IMG/VR virus record: IMGVR_UViG_3300030330_006573
Coordinates: 32,001 to 96,000 of that record
DNA from: a virus
Lineage: Duplodnaviria > Caudoviricetes
Length of the DNA stretch: 64,000 nucleotides
Direction: 5' to 3' (one strand)
Below the pieces are notes generated by a model. That model did no database searches, was not told where the DNA came from, and was given only the letters and a program-made list of their open reading frames with translations. This document shows, one piece after another, positions 1-8,694 of this stretch. Numbering within the stretch: the first letter of the stretch is position 1; each line of letters opens with the position of its first letter. Position numbers and translations under genes: made by a program.

Positions 1-1041
1 AACATTGATATTTTCTTTCCCTAAATGGGGATCTTTTCCCTCAGGAGGTCTATTTCCTTCACCAATTAAATAAGAGTAATCTAAATCTAGATCATTTGAC
101 ATAGACCAATAAAGCGGAGTCACATAATTGGGGCTAAAAAATTCTAAAATTTTTGTTTTAGGCTTGCAGTAAGCTAGGTTAGCTAAACATGATCCATGCG
201 GGCAGACAATTTCTTTTGCATTATTGAACAAATTAGCTTGATCAAAGATATCGAAGTCTTCCATAGACACTTTTTTGAATCCTTTATTTTTCAAAAATTT
301 AAAAACCTCCTCCTCATTATTTACTCTTCGAGAAGAAGCTCTTTCTCTAGATATATAAATTTTTTCATAATGTTTTTTTTCTTTTTTTAAAAAAAATTTC
401 TTTAAAAAATCATAAATCCAATCTGAGAAAAAAATATTTTTGACTGGAATAGAAGGCACAATTAATTTCTCACATTCAATAACTTCATCTCTTTTGAGTA
501 TCAAAATTTTATCAATTGGAATATTTAAGTGATTAAGAGTTTTTGTGTGAAATTCTTGACCGATATTATTTGGTAAAATTATATTATCTACATTATCCCA
601 ATTTAGATTATATTTATTTAAAAGATCTATTCTTGGTAAAAGTTGAAACATCCAATGAAAAAAAACGGCGGAAGAATCAGAACACAAAAGAACACTTAAA
701 CCTTTGGCTTGATTTTTTTTTCTGAAACTTAATTTGTCTTGCTCATAATTAGTTGATTCTGATTTTATAAGCTCATTATTTTTTGTTAGCAATTTAATTG
801 ATCCCAATCTATTATATCCTAGAATTTTGCAATCTTCTAATTCGCACACATATTGATCATTCATAGAATATTCTCTTATATCAGATATATATTTTCTATA
901 TGACCAATGTATTTGCAAATCTAATGTTTTTGGTATATTCTTAAATTTTTTAATTGGACTATTTTTATAAAAATATTTTACTGGAATATTCCTATTTTCA
1001 CAGTATACAGATAAAGAATTTATTTCAGAATCTATTTTCAT
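1..1041 (-). CDS. Glycosyltransferase family 61 / DUF563-like protein (runs off left edge; missing from ORF track)
   Basis: Manual translation of both ends, which are in the same frame: ATG at 1041 overlapping the upstream TGA (ATGA), MKIDSEINS..., and C-terminal IVCPHGSCLANLAYCKPKTKILEFFSPNY matching the GT61 'HGAGLxN...vlEf' motif. Confidence 0.75.
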   Translation of the reverse strand, partial: MKIDSEINSLSVYCENRNIPVKYFYKNSPIKKFKNIPKTLDLQIHWSYRKYISDIREYSMNDQYVCELEDCKILGYNRLGSIKLLTKNNELIKSESTNYEQDKLSFRKKNQAKGLSVLLCSDSSAVFFHWMFQLLPRIDLLNKYNLNWDNVDNIILPNNIGQEFHTKTLNHLNIPIDKILILKRDEVIECEKLIVPSIPVKNIFFSDWIYDFLKKFFLKKEKKHYEKIYISRERASSRRVNNEEEVFKFLKNKGFKKVSMEDFDIFDQANLFNNAKEIVCPHGSCLANLAYCKPKTKILEFFSPNYVTPLYWSMSNDLDLDYSYLIGEGNRPPEGKDPHLGKENINV

Positions 1042-2636
1042 ACAAAAACCTCAAACCAATAACTTTTACTATTTAAATCGATATCATAATTAGTATAGAT
1101 ATCCTCAAGAACTTTTAGATTTACCTGGTCTTCATTACATGTGCGGCTTTCTTCAATTTTCAAAGATGCTTGTACATCATGCCAGAATGGGGGCTTGACT
1201 TTATTTTCTTCTCTTAGTTTGCCTGAACATAAATCTATTTTTCCATATGGCACTCTTAAAAAAACATTCATGAAATCGCTCAACACTAATTCTGGATTCC
1301 ATTGGTAAGAGTTCGCATGGGGATTGTAGTATAAATACCTTTCATCATCATGATATTTTGGATACCATTCTTCTACAAAGTATTCTAAAATATCCATCCT
1401 TCTATCCATTACTTCAGAAATGCCAATGCAAAATCTGTCAAAAATACCGCAGAAATGATTGTCATGAGAAGGAAAATATATACTGTAATCTTTTAATTTA
1501 TTAATGTCTGGAATTTCATTAAAATAATAAAGATCAGGTCTTGCCCAGATTACATAATCATATTCTTTGTTAAATTTATTTTCCGCATTAATTTTTAAAT
1601 TTCTAACTCTCAGCATAGATGACCATTGGTATATGTTTCCAGCCATTCCATTTCTTTGATGCCTATTTAAATTCTTATCGTAAGAAAAGTATTTTCTATC
1701 AGCTTTATCTTCTTCAAATTTAATATCAAAATTATTACAATACTTTAAGACTTTATTTAATAATTCTATATTTTCGGAATTGAGGCTTTGAGTTGGAAAG
1801 TGTCCGAAAAAGTCTGGAGGTTCGGGTAGTTTTGTTAATATATTTTTTATCAAAGACTCTGAGCCAGTGTTAAAATATCTAATTAATGAAGAAAGACAGA
1901 TGGCTACAGAAGATGGTTTTTTACTTAAATCTTGAAGTGATTTAGAATCTTGTGAGATTTCCAAATTTGATTCAGATTCATCATACCCAAATATACTTTT
2001 AACATACTCTAATTGAGCTTTCTTATTATCATTTCCCTCTATCCAATTTGCATGATGAACAATTATATCATCTGGGACTTTTAATTCAGAAACATCAGAG
2101 TATTTTTCTCCAGGATTCCAAACAACCTCTCTTGGGAATTTTTTCCACAATAAATTTATATTATCAGCATCTAAAACTTCCTGCATTACATATTGTTCGC
2201 CACCGCCTTTTTCATGCATTATAGACTTTAACTTTTTCGCTACCAAGCTAAAAAAGTATTCTGTTTTAGGTGAACATTTGCAAACAAAAAAACCAGAACA
2301 TATTTTACCCCTAAGATCGTTTTCTTGATAAATTATATCACACTCTCCGATCTCCTCTTCGAAGTAAGAGAATGATTTTTTCAAAAATTGTATATCAACA
2401 TCACAACAAACTATAATTTCGCCCATATTAGATGCGACTGCATTTTTCCAAGCTAATACTTTATTGTATTGAGTTTCCCTCCAACCTTCTTGTCTATATT
2501 CTCCAGATTGAGAAAGTTGTTTTTCAAAAAATACTTCGTTTATCTCATATTCTTTTTCGGCACTTGGTTTCAGGAACTCATCAAAAAATGACTTGTGTGA
2601 CGGAGTGTAAAAACAGAATAGCTTAGGTTTACTCAT
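1038..2636 (-). CDS. Two-domain glycosyltransferase-like protein (N-terminal nucleotide-diphospho-sugar transferase-like domain plus second GT-like domain)
   Basis: DxD motif CDVDIQF, ICSGFF, EQ, VHHANW typical of Nucleotid_trans/GT77-like enzymes; second domain with YDYVIWARPDL. Confidence 0.65.
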   Translation of the reverse strand: MSKPKLFCFYTPSHKSFFDEFLKPSAEKEYEINEVFFEKQLSQSGEYRQEGWRETQYNKVLAWKNAVASNMGEIIVCCDVDIQFLKKSFSYFEEEIGECDIIYQENDLRGKICSGFFVCKCSPKTEYFFSLVAKKLKSIMHEKGGGEQYVMQEVLDADNINLLWKKFPREVVWNPGEKYSDVSELKVPDDIIVHHANWIEGNDNKKAQLEYVKSIFGYDESESNLEISQDSKSLQDLSKKPSSVAICLSSLIRYFNTGSESLIKNILTKLPEPPDFFGHFPTQSLNSENIELLNKVLKYCNNFDIKFEEDKADRKYFSYDKNLNRHQRNGMAGNIYQWSSMLRVRNLKINAENKFNKEYDYVIWARPDLYYFNEIPDINKLKDYSIYFPSHDNHFCGIFDRFCIGISEVMDRRMDILEYFVEEWYPKYHDDERYLYYNPHANSYQWNPELVLSDFMNVFLRVPYGKIDLCSGKLREENKVKPPFWHDVQASLKIEESRTCNEDQVNLKVLEDIYTNYDIDLNSKSYWFEVFV

Positions 2637-2930
2637 TGATTTATAGTGGAGAGCTAAATTTCAAAAATATTAAAAAGTGTTTTTTTTTACTTGTTCAAGA
2701 AAACAACCTTTAGTTTCCATTTTTCTTTTTAAATCTTCAAAGTACCTTTTATGAACCAAAACACAGTAGTAACCGTTTTGATATGAAAAATCCTCAAAAT
2801 TTTCCGTGTATTCAAGGCATATATTTTTTAATGAATTGTTCAAAGCTAAGTGTATATATTATATAAGAATAGTAAACTAGTCTTTTAAGATTTCTAATGC
2901 AAATACCTCAAAAAAATAAAAAAAGCTAAA

Positions 2931-3221
2931 ATGAGAATGTTTATATATTTTTTTGTATTCCTGCTTTTTTCTTGCTCTGCGTCTAGAATTAATGATACTC
3001 CAAAAGATTATAAAAATAATATAACTACTAATTTTGAATCATATGATAGTGACAATGACGGAAAAATTGACAAGAAAGAATTTTCTCAAATCAAAGTTGA
3101 AAACAAAGAGTCAACTCAACCAATAACTGCTATGCTTTTAATAATTGGAAGCGTTGCATTTATGGTGATGGCTCCAAAAGTATTTTCTTTGATTAAGGAT
3201 GGATTATTCAATAAAGACTGA
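2931..3221 (+). CDS. Small lipoprotein with EF-hand loop and C-terminal transmembrane helix
   Basis: Hydrophobic N-terminus ending in lipobox LLFSC; DSDNDGKIDKKE canonical EF-hand; hydrophobic ITAMLLIIGSVAFMVMA. Confidence 0.6.
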   Translation: MRMFIYFFVFLLFSCSASRINDTPKDYKNNITTNFESYDSDNDGKIDKKEFSQIKVENKESTQPITAMLLIIGSVAFMVMAPKVFSLIKDGLFNKD

Positions 3222-3753
3222 ATATCACAAACTTAGATATAAGTGGAGAGAGTTAAATAAAGAACTCTCTAGCCTTAAGGCAATAGAAGAAACTGCAGCT
3301 AAAGAATTTCATGATGCATTAATGATTGAAGTAGAAAAATTCAATCTAAACAATCCTTTCTCCGAAAAAGAGAAAAAAGATGAAAAAATCAGCGAAATAT
3401 TTGAGGCAGATGAAACTAAGAAAATTTATAGAGAAGTCGCAATAAGATCTCACCCAGATAAAAATAAAGAAGGTGAAGATGTGTTTAAAAGCTTAGTTAG
3501 CTCGAAAAAGAACAATAGTCTAAATGGGCTACTTGATAGTGCTAAAGAAGTAAAATTAAAAATTAAAAATATATCTATTGAGCAAATAGAAAAAATAGAG
3601 GAGGAAATATATGACTTAGAAAAATCAATATCAAAAATAATAAATTCTATCCATTGGATGTGGTATCACGAAGATAACAGATCCAGAAACTTAATAATTA
3701 ACAATATTATAATTAATATAATAAATGAGCAGAAAAAAGAACAAAGTAAATGA
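3199..3753 (+). CDS. J-domain (DnaJ-like) coiled-coil protein
   Basis: KKIYREVAIRSHPDKN contains J-domain helix II and HPD motif. Confidence 0.65.
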   Translation: MDYSIKTEYHKLRYKWRELNKELSSLKAIEETAAKEFHDALMIEVEKFNLNNPFSEKEKKDEKISEIFEADETKKIYREVAIRSHPDKNKEGEDVFKSLVSSKKNNSLNGLLDSAKEVKLKIKNISIEQIEKIEEEIYDLEKSISKIINSIHWMWYHEDNRSRNLIINNIIINIINEQKKEQSK

Positions 3754-4453
3754 CGATATGTTTCACTCTGAAAGAATCGTTTTAAACAGTTTAGACTTAA
3801 CGACAAAACAAAAAAAACTTTTAAGTATAGGCTTAAATCCAGAAACAAAAGTAGTATTTATATCTGGCCCAGCTGGAAGCTCTAAGACATACATATCAGT
3901 ATATTCAGCATTAAGGCTTTTATCTCAACACGGAGAAAAAGATCTAATATATGTAAGGACAATAATAGAAAGTGCAGAAAAAGGATTAGGTGCATTACCT
4001 GGAGATTTGAGTGAAAAATTTAACCCTTATATGATACCGCTTGAAGAAAAACTTTATGAAATATTACCTAAGAATAATACTACAAAAAGAGATCTTTTCG
4101 AGTCTGGCAGAATAGATGCAATGCCAATAAATTTTTTAAGAGGAGTTGATTGGAAAAATAAAATTGTAATAATGGATGAAGCTCAAAATGCAACATTTAA
4201 AGAGTTAACAACTTTAATTACAAGGCTTGGAGAAAACTCTAAATTATTTATTTGCGGAGATTCAATGCAAAGTGATATTAATGGAAAAAGTGGATTCAGC
4301 GAAATGATGGACTTATTTTCCGATGAAGAAAGCCAAGAAAAAGGAATACACACTTTTCAATTTTTTGAAAGAGATATTAAAAGAAGTGAAATATTGAAAT
4401 ATATCATAAAGAAGCTAACAAAAGGGAAAAATGCAAGAAGGGCAAACAATTGA
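3725..4453 (+). CDS. phoH: PhoH-family ATPase
   Basis: GPAGSSKT, LGALPGD, FLRG, DEAQN, TRLGENSK, GDSMQSD are PhoH signatures. Confidence 0.92.
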   Translation: MSRKKNKVNDDMFHSERIVLNSLDLTTKQKKLLSIGLNPETKVVFISGPAGSSKTYISVYSALRLLSQHGEKDLIYVRTIIESAEKGLGALPGDLSEKFNPYMIPLEEKLYEILPKNNTTKRDLFESGRIDAMPINFLRGVDWKNKIVIMDEAQNATFKELTTLITRLGENSKLFICGDSMQSDINGKSGFSEMMDLFSDEESQEKGIHTFQFFERDIKRSEILKYIIKKLTKGKNARRANN

Positions 4454-4619
4454 AATTGATTGCTATGGAGTAAAAAAAAGAATAAGAATATTAAGAATTT
4501 TACCCTCAAATGGGGAGACTTTTGTTTCTGCTGTTTTGGAGGGAAATCAGTACGATATGTACAACTCTAGCATTTTAATTCCTATGGACTGGTTGAATAA
4601 ATTGGTACACGAAAAATAA
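4431..4619 (+). CDS. Hypothetical protein
   Basis: Co-oriented ORF overlapping end of phoH. Confidence 0.5.
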   Translation: MQEGQTIEIDCYGVKKRIRILRILPSNGETFVSAVLEGNQYDMYNSSILIPMDWLNKLVHEK

Positions 4620-4659
4620 TTTATTTTTATTTTTTTTGTTGTAAAGTTATTATATTTAA

Positions 4660-4995
4660 ATGGATTCGATTCTTTCAGCTATAATTACAGCAATAGCCAC
4701 ACTGTTTGCGGTTTGGTTAAATTCAACATTGACAAAGAAGAAAAAAATTAGATCAATTGAAAATGTTGAGAATTTAATAGAGCAAAAAAAGGTTAAAAAA
4801 ATAACAATATTCTTAGAAGAAGACGAAGAATTCAAATCTATTTCGGAAGCTTCTAGTAATAGAAAATTAAAACTTTGCAAAGGCAAAATAGCAATGGAAG
4901 TAGAGTTTTCAGAGATAGAAGACTTAAACATTAAAAATATGAACACAATAAAAGACTTTAACGAAACTGTGAGGGGGAAAATGCAATGCCTGTAA
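4660..4995 (+). CDS. Hypothetical protein with N-terminal membrane anchor
   Basis: Hydrophobic ILSAIITAIATLFAVWL followed by basic residues. Confidence 0.55.
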   Translation: MDSILSAIITAIATLFAVWLNSTLTKKKKIRSIENVENLIEQKKVKKITIFLEEDEEFKSISEASSNRKLKLCKGKIAMEVEFSEIEDLNIKNMNTIKDFNETVRGKMQCL

Positions 4996-5366
4996 TGTAC
5001 TGCCCAGAGTGTGGGTTTAAAAACCAATACACATTAAGTGTTCCAAATTTTTGCGGAGGGTGCGGGTCTCCCCTTGGCAATGCCAAGAACATTCATATTC
5101 CAACATCTAACGCTAGTATTTCAAGAAAAACAAGAAGGCAAGAAAAACCTGATTTAGATGATGATGAAACAGATATAAACGAAGTGCCCGACATACGAAA
5201 TCTTGAATATGAAGTGTCACAAGGAGGGCTTAATATCTTCAAGGGGGCTGATCTGCTAGGTCTAAATGATAGCGATTTAAGCGAGATACGTAAAGTTCAG
5301 TCGAGCAATAAGAGTAGTGGGTCGAAAAAGAAAACTAAAGTACGAAGACAGAAAAGAAGAAATTGA
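4986..5366 (+). CDS. Zinc-ribbon protein
   Basis: YCPECG...PNFCGGCG at N-terminus. Confidence 0.7.
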   Translation: MPVMYCPECGFKNQYTLSVPNFCGGCGSPLGNAKNIHIPTSNASISRKTRRQEKPDLDDDETDINEVPDIRNLEYEVSQGGLNIFKGADLLGLNDSDLSEIRKVQSSNKSSGSKKKTKVRRQKRRN

Positions 5367-6015
5367 TAACGAGATAAGGAAGCGAAGACCTAAGTGGAGG
5401 CTGGCTTCTTTAAATTGGATTGATTTTGACGATGTCTCTCAGATAATAAGGTTTCATATATTTAAAAAATGGGATCAGTGGGATCAAAAAAGACCACTAC
5501 TTCCTTGGATAAATAAAATAATAAGTAACCAGTTTAAAAATATATTAAGAAATTATTATCACAGCTTTGTAAAACCTTGTGTTGGTTGCCCATTGAATAC
5601 TTCTTATAACGGGGAAAATACATGCTCTTTCACTAAAAGCGGATTACAAGATTCAACATGCCCACTTTACAAAAAATGGGAAAAATCTAAAAAGTATGCA
5701 TGTAATGTTAAAATGCCAGTTTCGATGGAAGAAGTTAATTCGGAACAAAAAACGAATTTTGGAATATCAAGAGGTCTTGACAAGGATATAGAAAAATTTC
5801 ATAAATTAATGAAAAAAGAATTGAGCGAAAAAAATTATAATATTTATGAAATGCTATTTATATCAAAAATGACAGAAGAAGAAGTTGCATTAAAATTAGG
5901 ATATAAAACGAATGAAAAAAACAGAAAAGCTGGATACAAACAAATTAAGAATTTAAAAATAAAATTCAAGCAAATTGCAGACAGGCTTATAAATAAAAGA
6001 GATATTTTTTTATGA
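5317..6015 (+). CDS. Sigma-70-like phage transcription factor with Cys-rich insert
   Basis: Region-2-like DFDDVSQ...WDQKRPLLPWINKIISNQFKNILR; region-4-like LSEKNYNIYEMLFISKMTEEEVALKLG; CVGC...C...C insert; GTG start. Confidence 0.6.
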   Translation: MGRKRKLKYEDRKEEIDNEIRKRRPKWRLASLNWIDFDDVSQIIRFHIFKKWDQWDQKRPLLPWINKIISNQFKNILRNYYHSFVKPCVGCPLNTSYNGENTCSFTKSGLQDSTCPLYKKWEKSKKYACNVKMPVSMEEVNSEQKTNFGISRGLDKDIEKFHKLMKKELSEKNYNIYEMLFISKMTEEEVALKLGYKTNEKNRKAGYKQIKNLKIKFKQIADRLINKRDIFL

Positions 6016-7064
6016 AAAAACAATTAACAGAAGAGCAAAAGAAACTTATTGATTCAAACTATTTGCAAATTCCAGATGTAGATCAATTAACAAAAATAGT
6101 TTTTGAAGACGAGTCTTTGGACGGGAGGAATAAAGAAGGCAAATTAGTTGCATCATACATGATAGAAAGAGGCTACGGATATAAGACTAAAGTTCACAAA
6201 AAAGCCAAGAAAATAAAATTAAGCACAGAGCAAAAAGATTTAATAGTTGAGTATGCAAGGGACAAACTTAGCAGCCTGCAAATAGCTCAACTAATATTCC
6301 AAGACAGAGAAGTTAAAAACTTAAGTATGGAGCAAAGAGTAGTTGCTGATTTTTTGAAAGTAAATTCTCCAGACTATATTAGACCAGATAAAGAAGTAGA
6401 GAGAGTAGAATATAAGCCCCCAGAAACCATCGATAAAGTATTGAAAATGGTTAATGAATATTCTCATCAAGAACTAGATTTAAAGAAGCTTAAAAGATAC
6501 GAGAAGGAGTGTCTTGATACCACAAAAAAATATCTATCTTCACCAAGGTTTGTTCAACTTATGAATAATTACAATTGTGAAGACTCAAATTTATTTCAGG
6601 CTGAATATATAAGAGCTGTTTGGGATAAGCCAGATCTAACTGCAGATGAAATAAATCTATATATTAATGTATGTGTGGATTATGTAAACTTAAAAACTAT
6701 ACAAAGAAATATGGAAAAAATAAACCAAATGTTTGATGAAGTGGAAGATCAAACTGAAATGTCAGTCAAGCTGGCTGAAATATTAAAGGCGAAAAGTGCC
6801 GAATACCATCAGTGCGAGCAAAGGCAAGAGTCCTTGATTAAAAAGCTAAATGGGGATCGGTCTGCTAGAATGAAAAACAAGCAAGATAAGTTCGCATCTT
6901 TATTGAATTTAGTTCAATCTTTTCAGGAAGAAGAGGAGAGAAATAGGATGATTGAAATAGCAGAAAAACAAAAGTTATTAGTGGAGGATGAAGTGGATAA
7001 AATAGAAGATATGGAATCTTGGAAATCACGAGTTCTTGGATTAAGAAAGGAAGATGTATTATAA
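6012..7064 (+). CDS. Hypothetical protein (HTH plus coiled coil; possible terminase small subunit)
   Basis: HTH-like LSSLQIAQLIF; coiled-coil C-terminus; upstream of terL. Function uncertain. Confidence 0.45.
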   Translation: MKKQLTEEQKKLIDSNYLQIPDVDQLTKIVFEDESLDGRNKEGKLVASYMIERGYGYKTKVHKKAKKIKLSTEQKDLIVEYARDKLSSLQIAQLIFQDREVKNLSMEQRVVADFLKVNSPDYIRPDKEVERVEYKPPETIDKVLKMVNEYSHQELDLKKLKRYEKECLDTTKKYLSSPRFVQLMNNYNCEDSNLFQAEYIRAVWDKPDLTADEINLYINVCVDYVNLKTIQRNMEKINQMFDEVEDQTEMSVKLAEILKAKSAEYHQCEQRQESLIKKLNGDRSARMKNKQDKFASLLNLVQSFQEEEERNRMIEIAEKQKLLVEDEVDKIEDMESWKSRVLGLRKEDVL

Positions 7065-7423
7065 TGTACCAGTATAGAATCAAAGAAATAGTAAAAGTAG
7101 TAGACGGAGATACCGTTGATGTAATAATTGATTTAGGTTTTAATACCTTTATAAAATCAAGAGTTAGACTCTACGGAATAAACACACCAGAAACTCGTTT
7201 GCAAAAATCCATTGCAAGTGTTGAAGATAGGCACGAGGAGAAAAGAAAGGGGCTAGTCGCAAAAGAAAAAGTCAAAGAGATTTTATATAGTGCAAAGTCA
7301 ATAAAGCTTGATTCAAAAGGGTTAGGGAAGTATGGTAGAGCACTAGGAGTAATTACTATAGACGATAAGGAAGAGTCTTTAAATGATTTTTTATTGAACA
7401 ATGGATATGCCGTTAAAATGTAA
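7064..7423 (+). CDS. Thermonuclease (SNase-like) nuclease
   Basis: KVVDGDT, RVRLYGINTPE, GKYGRALG, LNDFLLNNGYA; start placed at ATG 7064 (TAATG overlap). Confidence 0.88.
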   Translation: MYQYRIKEIVKVVDGDTVDVIIDLGFNTFIKSRVRLYGINTPETRLQKSIASVEDRHEEKRKGLVAKEKVKEILYSAKSIKLDSKGLGKYGRALGVITIDDKEESLNDFLLNNGYAVKM

Positions 7424-8342
7424 AATTTGCGGAAAAGAATTTAAAAAAAATGCGGGACTACATATACATGTAGTTAGAGGTCATAAGGTCAGCCTTAAAG
7501 AATATTATAAAAAGTATTACCCTAAAAAAAGCAAACTTTTAAATAAGACAATACCTTTTAAAAATCCCGAAGACTACATGAATAGGGATTTTGTAAATAG
7601 AGCTGAATTAATGGACTGGTGCCAGGAGGAAAAGAAAGAAATCGTGGCTCCATATATTAAGAAATTAATAGAAAAAAGAAAGGTAGATAAAGATTTAAAT
7701 TATTCTTTGGGAGAGGTAGAATTAGAGCTGTGCGATTTCCCAAATATAGAATGCTATAAAAATACATTTGGTAGCTATATAAAATTTTGTAAAGATGTTG
7801 GATTAAAAAATCTTTTTAATAAAAATATACCAGATAATTTTTTTGATGATAATAGCTCTGATGATATGAAGATTTTTGTCGATACAAGAGAGCAAAAGCC
7901 AATAAAATTTAAAAATCAAGAAATGATGAAATTAGACTTCGGCGACTATACATGCGCTGGAGAGTGTTACGACTATACATACATAGACAGAAAAAGCGAA
8001 CAAGATTTGAAGGGTACTTTATCTGGAAATAATTTTGAAAGATTTAAAAAAGAATTAGATAGAGCTAGGGAGTTTAATTCTTATATATTTGTAGTGATTG
8101 AAAGCAGTATACAAAAAATAAAAAATAACAATAATTTTGGCCCACATAAACATAAACTACCTTATATATGGCACAATCTAAAAAAGCTGTCTCAAGACTA
8201 TAAGGACTGTTGTCAATTTATATTCGCAGAAAATAGAACTGGATTGAAAAAAATCATTCCCAAGATACTATTTCATGGTAAAGAAATTTGGAATGTAGAT
8301 CTTCAATATTTTATAAATAAAAGAATAAATGAAAGAAAATAA
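7401..8342 (+). CDS. C2H2 zinc finger plus ERCC4 (XPF/Mus81-type) nuclease
   Basis: CKICGKEF...LHIHVVRGH; VDTREQKP, LDFGDY, IDRKSEQDL (ERKxxxD variant). Confidence 0.75.
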   Translation: MDMPLKCKICGKEFKKNAGLHIHVVRGHKVSLKEYYKKYYPKKSKLLNKTIPFKNPEDYMNRDFVNRAELMDWCQEEKKEIVAPYIKKLIEKRKVDKDLNYSLGEVELELCDFPNIECYKNTFGSYIKFCKDVGLKNLFNKNIPDNFFDDNSSDDMKIFVDTREQKPIKFKNQEMMKLDFGDYTCAGECYDYTYIDRKSEQDLKGTLSGNNFERFKKELDRAREFNSYIFVVIESSIQKIKNNNNFGPHKHKLPYIWHNLKKLSQDYKDCCQFIFAENRTGLKKIIPKILFHGKEIWNVDLQYFINKRINERK

Positions 8343-8694
8343 AACATTATGGTCTTTAGACCTCGCTGTAACTATTAACGATTGCAATGAAGATTCGATA
8401 GATCAAGAATCTCTTATTAAATTTGGCAAAGAGATTGGAGAGAAGATAGATCCAGGAGCGGAGATAGTCGGAATAGTAAATCCTTTTGGCGATCATAACG
8501 AAGATATGAAAGGTTGGCGACTAATTCATGAAAACAAAAATTCATTAATCACTGGACACTTTATTTTAAAAACAAAGAAAGCTTATGTAAACATTCATAG
8601 CTGCATTGGATATAGACCTAGCGAAGCATTAGAAGTGATAAAAAACTTTTTTGGCAGCGATGAATTTGTTTGTCAAAAAATATTTAGAGAATGA
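8329..8694 (+). CDS. S-adenosylmethionine decarboxylase proenzyme-like protein (divergent)
   Basis: Size and pattern: DC near N-terminus, FG...G, NSLITGHF, AYVNIHSC, EVIKNFF as in prokaryotic/phage SpeD. Confidence 0.6.
   Translation: MKENKTLWSLDLAVTINDCNEDSIDQESLIKFGKEIGEKIDPGAEIVGIVNPFGDHNEDMKGWRLIHENKNSLITGHFILKTKKAYVNIHSCIGYRPSEALEVIKNFFGSDEFVCQKIFRE

Noticed and set aside
2670-2843. 57-aa TTG-start ORF on minus strand
   Set aside because: Short, weak start, no RBS or motif; cannot be supported.
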